Under the pieces are notes generated by a model, which was given only the letters and a program-made list of their open reading frames with translations, made no database searches and was not told the origin of the DNA. Made by a program: the position numbers and the translations under genes. This document shows positions 1 through 9,791 of a stretch of DNA of 32,000 nt, in pieces (position 1 is the first letter of the stretch; each line of letters opens with the position of its first letter). Origin of the DNA: Mycolicibacterium smegmatis (GTDB lineage Bacteria > Actinomycetota > Actinomycetes > Mycobacteriales > Mycobacteriaceae); NCBI RefSeq assembly GCF_001457595.1, contig NZ_LN831039.1, positions 2,190,001-2,222,000 of the forward strand, written 5' to 3'.

Positions 1-1
1 C

Positions 2-337
2 GCGAAACTGTTGGCCTACATGGGTTCCCACGGGTACACCCACGCCTATCCGCACAAGGGCTCGACCCCGATCGCCGAGAAGCGCACCTGGGATCTAGAG
101 GCCGGCTACATCCAGCGCTCCGAGCACGCCCTACCGCGCTCGGGCACCAAACGACCGTGGCACGTGCGGCACAACTACCTGCTCGACGCCATCGACCACC
201 GTTTCGACCGCATCGACGAGTCGATGGTCTTCGGGCGTGCCCCCGCCGCCGTCCAGGTGCCCGCCTCAGCACCTTCCCCGGCACCTCCGTCAGCACCGCG
301 AGCGGGCGCGTCTGCTGTGGAACCCGCCGCGAGTTAG
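2..337 (+). CDS. FAD-containing (EthA / Baeyer-Villiger-type) monooxygenase, C-terminal fragment; the 5' end lies outside the window
   Basis: The frame is open to the window edge. The tail ...AGYIQRSEHALPRSGTKRPWHVRHNYLLDAI... matches by eye the conserved EthA-family C-terminus (..GY..RS...LP..G...PW....NYL.D). It ends in a Pro/Ala-rich tail, with TAG at 335-337. Confidence 0.7.
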   Translation, partial: AKLLAYMGSHGYTHAYPHKGSTPIAEKRTWDLEAGYIQRSEHALPRSGTKRPWHVRHNYLLDAIDHRFDRIDESMVFGRAPAAVQVPASAPSPAPPSAPRAGASAVEPAAS

Positions 338-363
338 CAGCAGGCGGCGCACGCTCGCGCGCA

Positions 364-1119
364 CTACGGAACCCGGATCTGCAGTCCCGTCGCCAGCAAC
401 CGGGACGCCGAGAGCCCGAACGTGGACTTGAACCGGTCGGCGAGATGCGACGGGCTCGCGAAGCCCGAGTCGACGGCGGCCGTGGTCAGGGCGTGGCCCG
501 CGGCCAGCAGTGCACCGGCGCGCAGCAGCCTGCACCACATGCGGTAGCGCCGCAGGCTCGTGCCCAGTTCGGCGCGGAACAGGTGCAGGAAGCGGGATTC
601 GGACAACCCGGCTGCGGCGGCCAGGTCGGCGGCCGTCACCACCGTGGCCGGGTCGTCGCGGATCTGCTTGGCCGCCAGTTCGATCCGCGGGTCGATGTCA
701 TGGATCACCGAAGGCGCCGCGGTGTCCAGCCAGCGCACGGCCGAAGAATCGTCAGCCGGTGGGTTGAGCAACAGATCCTCGCGGTGGTGCCCGATACCGA
801 TGCCGTGGACGACGTTGTCGAACTGCCTGCGGCACGACGTGCTCCGGTGTGACGCCGGATCCAGATAACACGACACCAGCGGTCCCGTCATCACCAGATG
901 GTGCGTCACGCGTGGGGGAATGAGCGCGGTACGCGCGGAGATACGGTCCCCACCGACATCGATGGTCAACGGCGCGTCGACCCCGACCACCAGACACCAC
1001 ACCGAACCCGAATGCGGTTGCAGGCCCAGGGCCGGACCCGAGTACAGACCCTGGCCGGGCCACAGCCACACCGCCGGATAGCAGGTTTGTGGAAGCGGTG
1101 CGGGTATCGGGGTCGGCAT
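364..1119 (-). CDS. AraC/XylS-family transcriptional regulator (251 aa)
   Basis: The C-terminal AraC HTH region reads LSESRFLHLFRAELGTSLRRYRMWCRLLRAGALLAAGHALTTAAVDSGFASPSHLADRFKSTFG. I chose the internal ATG at 1119 because a GAGGAGG Shine-Dalgarno lies 5 nt upstream on the minus strand. The longer ORF to 1410 would overlap the divergent gene. Confidence 0.8.
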   Translation of the reverse strand: MPTPIPAPLPQTCYPAVWLWPGQGLYSGPALGLQPHSGSVWCLVVGVDAPLTIDVGGDRISARTALIPPRVTHHLVMTGPLVSCYLDPASHRSTSCRRQFDNVVHGIGIGHHREDLLLNPPADDSSAVRWLDTAAPSVIHDIDPRIELAAKQIRDDPATVVTAADLAAAAGLSESRFLHLFRAELGTSLRRYRMWCRLLRAGALLAAGHALTTAAVDSGFASPSHLADRFKSTFGLSASRLLATGLQIRVP

Positions 1120-1124
1120 GCTGG

Positions 1125-1148
1125 CCTCCTCATCACCTGAGCAGGAGG
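1125..1148. promoter_or_regulatory. Mutually complementary Shine-Dalgarno sequences of the divergent AraC and membrane-protein genes
   Basis: CCTCCT (1125-1130) is the complement of the AraC gene's GAGGAGG. AGGAGG (1143-1148) is the SD for TTG 1154. The two form a perfect 6-bp inverted repeat with a 12-nt loop. Confidence 0.4.
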
Positions 1149-1153
1149 TTACC

Positions 1154-1525
1154 TTGAGCGTCGGAGTCGCAGCAGTGATCGTGGTCGCCGGGGTGTTCTT
1201 CCTCGGCATGGGCGTCTGCGCGCTGAGGGCGCCACAGGCGCTCCTGCGGCCGTTCGACTTCGAGCTCAGGTCGGCGTCGTCGCGTGCCGAGGTGCGCGGG
1301 GTGTACGGCGGTTTCGGCCTGGCGATCGCCGCGGTCCTGGCGTACGCGGCCGTCGCACCGGCGGTGCGGACCGGCGTGTTGATCACGGTCGGCGCAGCGC
1401 TGGCGGGCATGGCGGTGGGCCGCGCGGCCTCGGCGGTGTTCGACGAGCGAACCCCGTTCTACCCCAACTGGTTCTACTTCCTGGTCGAGGCGATCGGTGC
1501 GGCAGCGCTGTTCTGGGCCGTCTGA
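1154..1525 (+). CDS. Small integral membrane protein (4 predicted TM segments, DUF4345-like)
   Basis: The ORF has hydrophobic segments (VGVAAVIVVAGVFFLGMGV, GGFGLAIAAVLAYAAV, VLITVGAALAGMAVG, FYFLVEAIGAAALFWAV). A TTG at 1154 follows AGGAGG (1143-1148) at 5-nt spacing. The in-frame ATG at 1118 is an alternative start. Confidence 0.6.
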   Translation: MSVGVAAVIVVAGVFFLGMGVCALRAPQALLRPFDFELRSASSRAEVRGVYGGFGLAIAAVLAYAAVAPAVRTGVLITVGAALAGMAVGRAASAVFDERTPFYPNWFYFLVEAIGAAALFWAV

Positions 1526-1538
1526 TCGCGGGAAAACC

Positions 1539-2654
1539 CTACGGTGCGACGGTGAGCCAGTCGGTGAAACCCGACGGGTCGTGGCGGCCGAGCGCGCCGT
1601 GTTCGAACAGGCCCCATCCCTCAGCGGGGGCGGAGCTGCCCTCGGTGCACACCGCGCGCCCGACGTGGTCGATCACGCCGAAGGCGGCACGGCTGATGAT
1701 CGCCGGGTCGGTCATGTCGTAGGTGAGCCGTTCGGTGAACTTCTCGCCCTTCCACACGCCGTGCAACCAGTCCGGGTCGCCACCGTAACCGCCGCCGACG
1801 TGAATCGGCACCGCCAGTTTGGATTCCACGTCGAACCGCACCGGGGAACCGTCGGCGGCGGTCGCGTCGATGGTGGCGCCGGTGGGGATGCGGGTGCCCG
1901 AGCGGTAGTGGATCTTGATGCGCGGCCACCCCAGTTGTTCGATGCGGCCGTCTTTCCAGATGCGGGTGCAGTCGTTGAGGGAGCGGAACCCGTTGGGCTC
2001 CTCCTGGATGATCAGCACGATCGAGAACTCGTCGAACGCCATGGGCACGTACAGCCACCACATGCCCTCGAACGGCGGGTCGGCGGGGCGGCCCGCCGGT
2101 TCGGCCTCACCGATGGGCCGGATGCCCCAGGACCGGTCGCGCGACCCGATCCAGGTGGCCGGGTCGACCTCGATGTGTTCACCGTCGATCGTGAGATGCC
2201 CGCTCCACGAACCGAGTTGGGCGAAACGTTGCGCGTCGAGGGTGACGCGGTTGCCCGTGCGCAGGATGTGCGGCTGTTCCTGGACGACGTCGAACAGGCC
2301 GTTCCAGGTGAGATCGGCCTCGAGGCCGTGGGTGTCGTCGAGGGCGATCCGCAGTGTGTGCAGCGGTTCGGTGACGTCGACGCGGTATCCCATGACGTGC
2401 TGGTTGAGGCGGTCTGAGTCGATGGCGTCGGACAGGTGCACCGCGGTCTGGGTGTCACCGCGCCGTATGAGGAGAAACGCGTCCTTCACCCCGAGGTTGG
2501 GGTAGTAGCCGATGCCGGTGATGACGAAGATGTCGCCCGTGCGGTCGTGGGCGTTGAAGTACGAGCGGTCGTAGAAGTTGCGGTCCGACGATCCGGGCCA
2601 CGCGATCGGTTGGGGGAGTTGGTGTACCGGGAACTCGTCCATCGGGCCGAGCAT
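1539..2654 (-). CDS. Conserved hypothetical protein (371 aa), function unknown, linked to the upstream APH-family kinase gene
   Basis: This is a long ORF with high third-position GC and a non-repetitive composition. Its ATG at 2654 lies 1 nt after the TGA (2656-2658) of the upstream gene. I recognise no family signature with confidence. Confidence 0.7.
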   Translation of the reverse strand: MLGPMDEFPVHQLPQPIAWPGSSDRNFYDRSYFNAHDRTGDIFVITGIGYYPNLGVKDAFLLIRRGDTQTAVHLSDAIDSDRLNQHVMGYRVDVTEPLHTLRIALDDTHGLEADLTWNGLFDVVQEQPHILRTGNRVTLDAQRFAQLGSWSGHLTIDGEHIEVDPATWIGSRDRSWGIRPIGEAEPAGRPADPPFEGMWWLYVPMAFDEFSIVLIIQEEPNGFRSLNDCTRIWKDGRIEQLGWPRIKIHYRSGTRIPTGATIDATAADGSPVRFDVESKLAVPIHVGGGYGGDPDWLHGVWKGEKFTERLTYDMTDPAIISRAAFGVIDHVGRAVCTEGSSAPAEGWGLFEHGALGRHDPSGFTDWLTVAP

Positions 2655-2655
2655 G

Positions 2656-3816
<1,161 letters not shown>

Positions 3817-3838
3817 TTACGATACTCTCAGTTGCGTT

Positions 3839-4447
3839 ATGAAAGCAGAGGCATCACCGCTTGGCAAGGGTGTCGGCGCGGGTCGTCCCCGTGACCCCCG
3901 GATCGACGCGGCGATCCTGCGGGCCACCGCGGAACTCCTCGTCGAGATCGGCTACGCGAACCTCACGATGGCCGCGGTCGCCGAGCGCGCGCAGACCACC
4001 AAGACCGCGCTGTACCGGCGCTGGTCGAGCAAGGCCGAACTGGTGCACGAGGCGGTGTTCCCGGCCGTGCCGACCGGTCTGGTCGCCCCCGCCGGCGACA
4101 TCGCCGCCGACGTGCACGCGATGATCGCCGCCGCACGCGATGTGTTCACCAGCCCGGTGGTGCGCGCCGCGCTGCCGGGCCTGATCGCCGACGTTTCCGC
4201 CGATGCGAACCTCAACGCCCGCGTCATGGAGCGGTTCACCGGAGTCTTCGCCGCGGTGCGGGAGCGTATCGTCGACGGCATCGCGCGCGGCGAGGTGCAT
4301 GCCGCGGTGAGTCCCGATCGGCTGGTGGAAATCATCGGCGGTGCAACGATGTTGCGCCTGCTCCTGGTGTCGGACGAGAATCTCGACGACGAGTGGGTAC
4401 ACCAGACCGCGGCGATTGTCATCCACGGTGTGACGGTCGGCCGGTGA
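3839..4447 (+). CDS. TetR/AcrR-family transcriptional regulator
   Basis: The N-terminal TetR HTH reads RIDAAILRATAELLVEIGYANLTMAAVAERAQTTKTALYRRWSSKAELV. The start is set at MKAEAS (ATG 3839). It is divergent from the kinase gene and sits upstream of the MFS operon. Confidence 0.85.
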   Translation: MKAEASPLGKGVGAGRPRDPRIDAAILRATAELLVEIGYANLTMAAVAERAQTTKTALYRRWSSKAELVHEAVFPAVPTGLVAPAGDIAADVHAMIAAARDVFTSPVVRAALPGLIADVSADANLNARVMERFTGVFAAVRERIVDGIARGEVHAAVSPDRLVEIIGGATMLRLLLVSDENLDDEWVHQTAAIVIHGVTVGR

Positions 4448-4505
4448 CCTGAACACCTTAAAGATCGCCGTGATGTTAACTCTCCCCAGACGCCCCGACC
4501 CTGCA

Positions 4506-4511
4506 TAGGCT
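4506..4511 (+). promoter_or_regulatory. Candidate -10 hexamer (TAGGCT) for a leaderless or near-leaderless MFS operon transcript
   Basis: TAGGCT fits the mycobacterial TANNNT -10 pattern. It lies 8 nt upstream of the GTG start at 4520, and there is no Shine-Dalgarno in between (GTTCTCAC). Confidence 0.3.
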
Positions 4512-4519
4512 GTTCTCAC

Positions 4520-5833
4520 GTGACTCTTGCTGACCAACGCGCCGCGTCCGCTTCCAAACCGAGTGCGCGTACCGTCGCGCTGGGTAGCGCGGTCGGAACC
4601 ACGATCGAGTGGTACGACTTCTACCTGTACGCCACGGCCGCGGCGCTCGTCTTCAAACCCCTGTTCTTCCCGAACGTCTCGTCGACGGCCGGCACGTTGG
4701 CCGCGTTCGCGACCTACGCCGCGGGATTCGGCGCCCGGCCGCTGGGCGCGCTGATATCCGGCCACTACGGCGATCGGGTGGGACGCAAGACCGTCCTGGT
4801 CGCCGCGCTGCTCGGCATGGGCATCAGCACCTTCCTGATCGGCCTGTTGCCCACCTACGCACAGGTGGGGCTCCTGGCCCCGGCATTGCTGGTGACCCTG
4901 CGACTGCTGCAGGGCCTCGCCGTCGGCGCGGAATGGGGCGGCGCGGCGCTGCTGTCGGTCGAACACGCCCCGCCGGGCCGTCGCGGGTTGTTCGGCAGCT
5001 TCACCCAGCTGGGCTCACCCGCGGGCATGTTGCTGTCGACGGGCGTTTTCTCCGTGACCAGGGCGGTCTGCGGACCTGAGGCTTTCCTCGCGTACGGCTG
5101 GCGAATCCCGTTCCTGCTCAGCGCCGTTCTGGTCGTGATCGGTCTGGTGATCCGCCTGCGGCTCACCGACGCCGACGTTTTCCTCCGGGTCAAGGAAGCC
5201 GGCGAGGTCGCCCGCATGCCCGTGTTGGAGGTGCTGCGCACCCAGCCGCGCGGCGTCGTGATCACCACCGGCCTGCGGATCTCGCAGATCGCGCTGTTCG
5301 TCCTGCTCACGACGTATTCGCTGACCTATCTGCAGGATCAGACATCCGCCGGTGGCGGGGTCGGCCTGACCGCGGTGCTCATCGCGTCGGCGATCGGCCT
5401 GATCACCACCCCGCTCTGGGGCATCGTGTCCGACCGCATCGGCCGGCGCCCGCCCTATCTGTTCGGCGCGATCGCCGGCGTCGTGGCGCTCGTCCTGTTC
5501 TTCCTCGCGGCCGATTCCGGCTCGTCGGTCCTGATCATCCTGGCGATCGTGTTCGGCGTGAACATCGCGCACGACGCCATGTACGGCCCGCAGGCCGCCT
5601 GGTTCGGTGAGCTGTTCGACACCCGCGTGCGTTACAGCGGCGCGTCATTGGGATACTCGATCGGCGCCGTGCTCTCCGGCGGGTTCGCGCCGCTCATCGC
5701 GGCGTCCCTGTTGGCCGCCGGTGACGGCAGCCCGTGGCTGATCGTCGGGTACTTCGTGGTGCTCACCGTGATCACCGTCGCGGCCGCCTATTTCGCGCGC
5801 GAGACACACAAGGACGAGATCGGGGACGAGTGA
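4520..5833 (+). CDS. MFS transporter, metabolite:H+ symporter (MHS, ProP/KgtP/ShiA-like) family
   Basis: The 437-aa protein has about 12 hydrophobic segments. The N-terminal signature GSAVGTTIEWYDFYLYATAAALVF and the motif GHYGDRVGRK are typical of MHS transporters. It has a GTG start. Confidence 0.9.
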   Translation: MTLADQRAASASKPSARTVALGSAVGTTIEWYDFYLYATAAALVFKPLFFPNVSSTAGTLAAFATYAAGFGARPLGALISGHYGDRVGRKTVLVAALLGMGISTFLIGLLPTYAQVGLLAPALLVTLRLLQGLAVGAEWGGAALLSVEHAPPGRRGLFGSFTQLGSPAGMLLSTGVFSVTRAVCGPEAFLAYGWRIPFLLSAVLVVIGLVIRLRLTDADVFLRVKEAGEVARMPVLEVLRTQPRGVVITTGLRISQIALFVLLTTYSLTYLQDQTSAGGGVGLTAVLIASAIGLITTPLWGIVSDRIGRRPPYLFGAIAGVVALVLFFLAADSGSSVLIILAIVFGVNIAHDAMYGPQAAWFGELFDTRVRYSGASLGYSIGAVLSGGFAPLIAASLLAAGDGSPWLIVGYFVVLTVITVAAAYFARETHKDEIGDE

Positions 5834-7197
5834 TGACCAGGATCTACCTGAACGCCTTCGACATGGCCTGTGTCGGGCACCAGTCCGCGGGCCTGTGGCG
5901 TCATCCGGAAGATCAGGGTTACCGCTACCGCGAACTCGGGTACTGGACGGATCTGGCCCGCACGCTGGAGGCCGGTGGCTTCGACGCGCTGTTCCTCGCC
6001 GACATCCTGGGCGTCTACGACATCTACGGCGGGTCACGCGACGCGGCCGTGGCCGACGCCGCACAGTTCCCCGTCAACGATCCGACGCTCGCGGTCTCGG
6101 CCATGGCCGCGGTCACCGAGACGCTCGGTTTCGGCGTGACGGTGTCGCTGACCTACGAGCAGCCCTATGCGCTGGCGCGCCGGTTCGCGACGCTCGACCA
6201 TCTCACCGAAGGCCGCGTGGCGTGGAACATCGTCACGTCGTACCTCGACAGCGCCGCGCGCAACCTCGGCCTGGATGCCCAGATCCCCCACGACGAGCGC
6301 TACGAGATCGCCGAGGAGTACCTGGAGGTCTGCTACAAGCTGTGGGAGGCGTCGTGGGAACCCGGCGCCGTGGTGCGCGACGCGGAGCGCGGCGTGTTCA
6401 CCGACCCGGCCAAGGTGCACGACATCGAGCACAAGGGGCGCTACTTCAGTGTTCCCGGACCCTTCCTGTGTGAGCCGTCTCCCCAGCGCACCCCGGTGCT
6501 GTTCCAGGCCGGTGCCTCACCGCGGGGCGTGCGGTTCGCCGCGGGGCACGCCGAGGCGGTGTTCGTCTCGGGCCCGACGCCCGACGTCGTCGCCAAACCG
6601 GTCAAGGCGTTGCGCGCCGCGGCCGCCGAGCAGGGACGAGATCCCCGCTCCATCAAGGTTTTCACGATGGTGACGCCCGTCGTCGCCGAAACCCGCGACG
6701 AGGCCGTGGCCAAGCTGAACGAGTACCGGAAGTACGTCAGCCCCGAGGGCGCGCTCGCGCTGTTCGGCGGCTGGACCGGAGTCGACCTGGCCGAACTCGG
6801 TCCCGACGAACCGCTCAAGTACGTGCAGACCGAGGCGAATCGTTCGGCGCTGGCCTCGTTCACCACGGCCGAGCGTCCGTGGACGGCAGGGGAGTTGGCC
6901 CACGAGATCGGTCTCGGTGGCCGCGGCCCGGTGCTGGTTGGCTCGGCGACCGAGGTTGCCGACGAACTCGAGCGGTGGGTCGACGAGGCCGACATCGACG
7001 GGTTCAACCTGGCCTACGTCACGACGCCAGGAACCTTCGAGGACTTTGCCCGCCTCGTCGTGCCCGAACTGCGCCGCCGCGGCCGGGTGCCCGAGCACGG
7101 TGAGCGAGTCACGTTGCGCGAACGGCTCGGTGGCGCCGGGCCGTTGCTGGCCGCCGACCATCCCGGCGCGGCGTACCGACCCGCGGGGTGGTACTGA
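5833..7197 (+). CDS. LLM-class flavin-dependent monooxygenase (NtaA/SnaA/DszA nitrilotriacetate-monooxygenase family)
   Basis: The N-terminus MTRIYLNAFDMACVGHQSAGLWRHPEDQ...FLADILGVYD and the segment ...RVAWNIVTSY... are typical of this family. The ATG overlaps the MFS stop (TGATG at 5831-5835). Confidence 0.9.
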   Translation: MTRIYLNAFDMACVGHQSAGLWRHPEDQGYRYRELGYWTDLARTLEAGGFDALFLADILGVYDIYGGSRDAAVADAAQFPVNDPTLAVSAMAAVTETLGFGVTVSLTYEQPYALARRFATLDHLTEGRVAWNIVTSYLDSAARNLGLDAQIPHDERYEIAEEYLEVCYKLWEASWEPGAVVRDAERGVFTDPAKVHDIEHKGRYFSVPGPFLCEPSPQRTPVLFQAGASPRGVRFAAGHAEAVFVSGPTPDVVAKPVKALRAAAAEQGRDPRSIKVFTMVTPVVAETRDEAVAKLNEYRKYVSPEGALALFGGWTGVDLAELGPDEPLKYVQTEANRSALASFTTAERPWTAGELAHEIGLGGRGPVLVGSATEVADELERWVDEADIDGFNLAYVTTPGTFEDFARLVVPELRRRGRVPEHGERVTLRERLGGAGPLLAADHPGAAYRPAGWY

Positions 7198-7211
7198 GAC
7201 ACACTGGGCGG

Positions 7212-7886
7212 ATGGACGAAGAGCCGTTCCCCACCGACTGGCAGACGGCACTGGTGCTGGTCCCGCATCCCGACGACCCCGAGTACGGCATCGGCGCGGC
7301 CGTCGCGAAATGGACCGCGACAGGCAGAACCGTGCACTATGCGCTGGCATCGCGCGGCGAGGCCGGTATCGCCGGTATGCCGCCCGAGCAGGCCGGCCCG
7401 TTGCGCGAGGATGAGCAGCGCAGGTCCGCGGCGATCTGCGGCGTCGACAAGCTCGAATTCTGGGACTACCCGGACAGCGACATCCGCAACACGCCCGAAC
7501 TGCGGGCCCGCATCGCCGCGACGATCGAAGCGCTCAAACCCGATGTCGTCATCACGATCTACAGCGGTGACAGTTGGGCGCCGGACGCGCCGAACCAGCG
7601 CGATCACATCGAGTTCGCGCACGCCGTCGCCGAGGCCTACGACGAGCTCGCCGACCCGCCGCGGTGGCTGTTCGAGAACGGGCCCGAGTTCACGCACTAC
7701 GAGGTGATCGACGGTTACACCGACGTCGCCGTCGATTCCCTTGCCGCACATGAGGTTTACCTGTCAGTTCTCGATCCGGACACGCCTGTCGTCGCACAGG
7801 CCCGCAAACAGGTCGAAGAAGCGACACCGGTGCGTGAGGACCTCGGCGGGCGCATCGTGCAGTTCATCGTCAAGCGCCAACACTGA
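7212..7886 (+). CDS. PIG-L / LmbE-family deacetylase (MshB/Mca-like fold)
   Basis: It carries the motif LVLVPHPDDPEYGIGAAV (an AHPDDE-type metal site) and a downstream HIEFAHAV. The start is at MDEEPF (ATG 7212), 14 nt after the monooxygenase stop. Confidence 0.85.
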   Translation: MDEEPFPTDWQTALVLVPHPDDPEYGIGAAVAKWTATGRTVHYALASRGEAGIAGMPPEQAGPLREDEQRRSAAICGVDKLEFWDYPDSDIRNTPELRARIAATIEALKPDVVITIYSGDSWAPDAPNQRDHIEFAHAVAEAYDELADPPRWLFENGPEFTHYEVIDGYTDVAVDSLAAHEVYLSVLDPDTPVVAQARKQVEEATPVREDLGGRIVQFIVKRQH

Positions 7887-7905
7887 ACGCGCCTACGATG
7901 GGCCG

Positions 7906-8940
7906 GTGCGTGCTGTCGTCTGTTCCACGGTCGGTGTCCTGCCTCGCGTGACCGAGATGCCCGATCCGAGTTGCCCGTCCGACGGTGTGCTGGTGCAGGT
8001 CGCGGCAACCGGGGTGTGCCGCTCGGACTGGCACGCCTGGCGCGGCCACGATCCCGTGCAGTTGCCGATCATCCCCGGGCACGAGTTCGCCGGGGTGATC
8101 GCCGCGGTGGGCGCCGACGTCTCCGGATGGCAGGTGGGGGACCGGGTGACGACGCCGTTCGTCCTCGGCTGCGGCCGATGCGAGTTCTGCCGTGCCGGCG
8201 ACGCGCAGGTGTGCCCGAACCAGGAGCAACCCGGGTTCACGCTGCCCGGGTCGTTCGCACAGCTGGTCGCGGTGCCGCGCGCGGCCGCCAACCTGGTGCG
8301 GCTGCCCGACGACGTGTCGTTCGTCGCGGCGGCGTCGCTGGGGTGCCGGTTCGCGACGGCGTTCCGGGCGCTGGTCAACCACGGTGCGGTAAAGGCCGGC
8401 CAGTGGGTCGCGGTGCACGGCTGCGGCGGTGTCGGACTATCGGCGGTGATGATCGCGAAGGCGTTCGGCGCCAAGGTGGTCGCGGTCGACGTCACCGCAG
8501 ATGCGTTGGCGGCCGCGCAGCGCCTGGGTGCCGACGAGATCGTCAACAGCACCGAGATCGACGACGTCGCAACAGAAATCGTTCAGCGCACGGGTGGCGG
8601 TGCGCACATCGGTGTCGACGCCGTTGGCAACCCCGTCTCGGCCGCGGCATCCGTGGCCTCGCTGCGCCGCCGTGGTCGCCACGTGCAGGTGGGGTTGTTG
8701 CTCGGTGCCGACGCGCATACGGCGTTTCCGATGGACCGCGTGATCGCACAGGAACTCGCGATCTTCGGGTCCCACGGCATGCCCGCGGTCGACTATCCCG
8801 CGATGCTCGACCTGCTGGCCAGCGGAGCGTTGCAACCCGAACGCCTGGTGACGCGCCGGATCGGCCTCGACGACGCACCGGATGCGTTGGCGGGCATGGA
8901 CAGTTTCGCGGGTTCGGGGATGACGATCATCGAACCCTAG
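7906..8940 (+). CDS. Zinc-dependent alcohol dehydrogenase (MDR superfamily)
   Basis: It has the catalytic zinc site GVCRSDWHAW...GHEFAGVI, the structural zinc site CGRCEFCRAGDAQVC, and the Rossmann motif VHGCGGVGLS. A GTG at 7906 gives VRAVV..., the usual MDR N-terminus. Confidence 0.9.
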   Translation: MRAVVCSTVGVLPRVTEMPDPSCPSDGVLVQVAATGVCRSDWHAWRGHDPVQLPIIPGHEFAGVIAAVGADVSGWQVGDRVTTPFVLGCGRCEFCRAGDAQVCPNQEQPGFTLPGSFAQLVAVPRAAANLVRLPDDVSFVAAASLGCRFATAFRALVNHGAVKAGQWVAVHGCGGVGLSAVMIAKAFGAKVVAVDVTADALAAAQRLGADEIVNSTEIDDVATEIVQRTGGGAHIGVDAVGNPVSAAASVASLRRRGRHVQVGLLLGADAHTAFPMDRVIAQELAIFGSHGMPAVDYPAMLDLLASGALQPERLVTRRIGLDDAPDALAGMDSFAGSGMTIIEP

Positions 8941-9704
8941 CGCTGGATCTGCGCGTGGTTGCGTTCGGCGACCGCACGGTATCTGTCGCCGAGACCGGCG
9001 AAGTCGCGCTGCTGCGCGCCGGCGATCTGCTGCTCGGCGTCCAGTGCCGAAGCGATCACCGGATCCGTGCCACGCGTATAGATCTCTTTGAGGCCGGACA
9101 TGATCGGGCACGGCACCTCGGCGATCTGCTGGGCGAGTTCGAGCGCCCGGTCCAGGAGCAGCTCGTGTGCCACCACCTCGGTGACCAACCCCAGGCGTTC
9201 GGCGCGTGCGGCGTCGACCACCTCACCCGTCATCGACAACCGGCGCGCCATCGCGGCGCCGACCACCTGCGGCAGCCGCGCCGTCATCCCGCCGCCGGGC
9301 AGAATCCCCACGCGCGCATGGGTATCGGCGAACACCGCACGTTCCGAGGCGATCAGGAAGTCGCAGCCCAGTGCCATCTCCAGGCCGCCGGTGAACGTCG
9401 CGCCGTTGATCGCGCCGATGATCGGCGTCGCCATCTGCCCGGTCTTGATGATGCAGTTGTGCGTCTGGAACTGCGCGAAGTAGTCCATACCGAGCGTCTG
9501 CGCCTGCTTGAGGTCGACACCCGCGCAGAACGCCGGGTCCGCACCGGTCAACACCACGGCCCGCACGGATGCGTCATCGTCGGCGTCCTGCAGCGCGGTG
9601 AACAGCGCCTCGATCAGCTCGCTGCCCAGCGCGTTGCGGGCCTCGGGACGGTTCATGGTGAGCACGCGGACGGCACCGTGGTCGGCGGTGAGCACGATCG
9701 TCAT
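8937..9704 (-). CDS. Enoyl-CoA hydratase/isomerase (crotonase family)
   Basis: It has RPEARNAL...VVLTGADPAFCAGVDLK and GGGLEMALGCDF-type motifs (TGGLEMALGCDFLIASE). It is convergent with the ADH gene, and the two stop codons share the tetranucleotide CTAG (8937-8940). Confidence 0.9.
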   Translation of the reverse strand: MTIVLTADHGAVRVLTMNRPEARNALGSELIEALFTALQDADDDASVRAVVLTGADPAFCAGVDLKQAQTLGMDYFAQFQTHNCIIKTGQMATPIIGAINGATFTGGLEMALGCDFLIASERAVFADTHARVGILPGGGMTARLPQVVGAAMARRLSMTGEVVDAARAERLGLVTEVVAHELLLDRALELAQQIAEVPCPIMSGLKEIYTRGTDPVIASALDAEQQIAGAQQRDFAGLGDRYRAVAERNHAQIQR

Positions 9705-9791
9705 GTGTCGAATCTAGCGGCACCACTGTGCGCACGGTCCGCATCGCTTTGCTGCGGGCATATCCTTCTTACAGACAGACAAGGAGATCAC

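Noticed and set aside
240-337. The Pro/Ala/Ser-rich tail (APAAVQVPASAPSPAPPSAPRAGASAVEPAAS) at the end of the partial monooxygenase.
   Set aside because: It is low-complexity and lies in the same frame as a recognisable EthA-like C-terminus. It is not a PE/PPE or separate gene. It is probably a disordered tail of no clear significance.
9728-9735. Short palindromes in divergent intergenic regions as possible TetR operators: GTGCGCAC (9728-9735), CGCAA-N15-TTGCG (3812-3836) and CTTGA-CC-TCAAG (27528-27539).
   Set aside because: They are too short or too imperfect to distinguish from chance in GC-rich DNA without comparative or binding data. I recorded them only as places to look.
7971-9791. 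The N-terminal ~600 codons of the 800-aa plus-strand track ORF (7971-10373).
   Set aside because: This part is Arg/Gly/Pro-rich low-complexity translation. It overlaps the well-supported ADH gene in another frame and runs antisense to the enoyl-CoA hydratase gene. This is a typical stop-codon-poor artefact of high-GC DNA. Only the last 193 codons (the TetR gene, with its own AAGGAG-GTG start) are credible.
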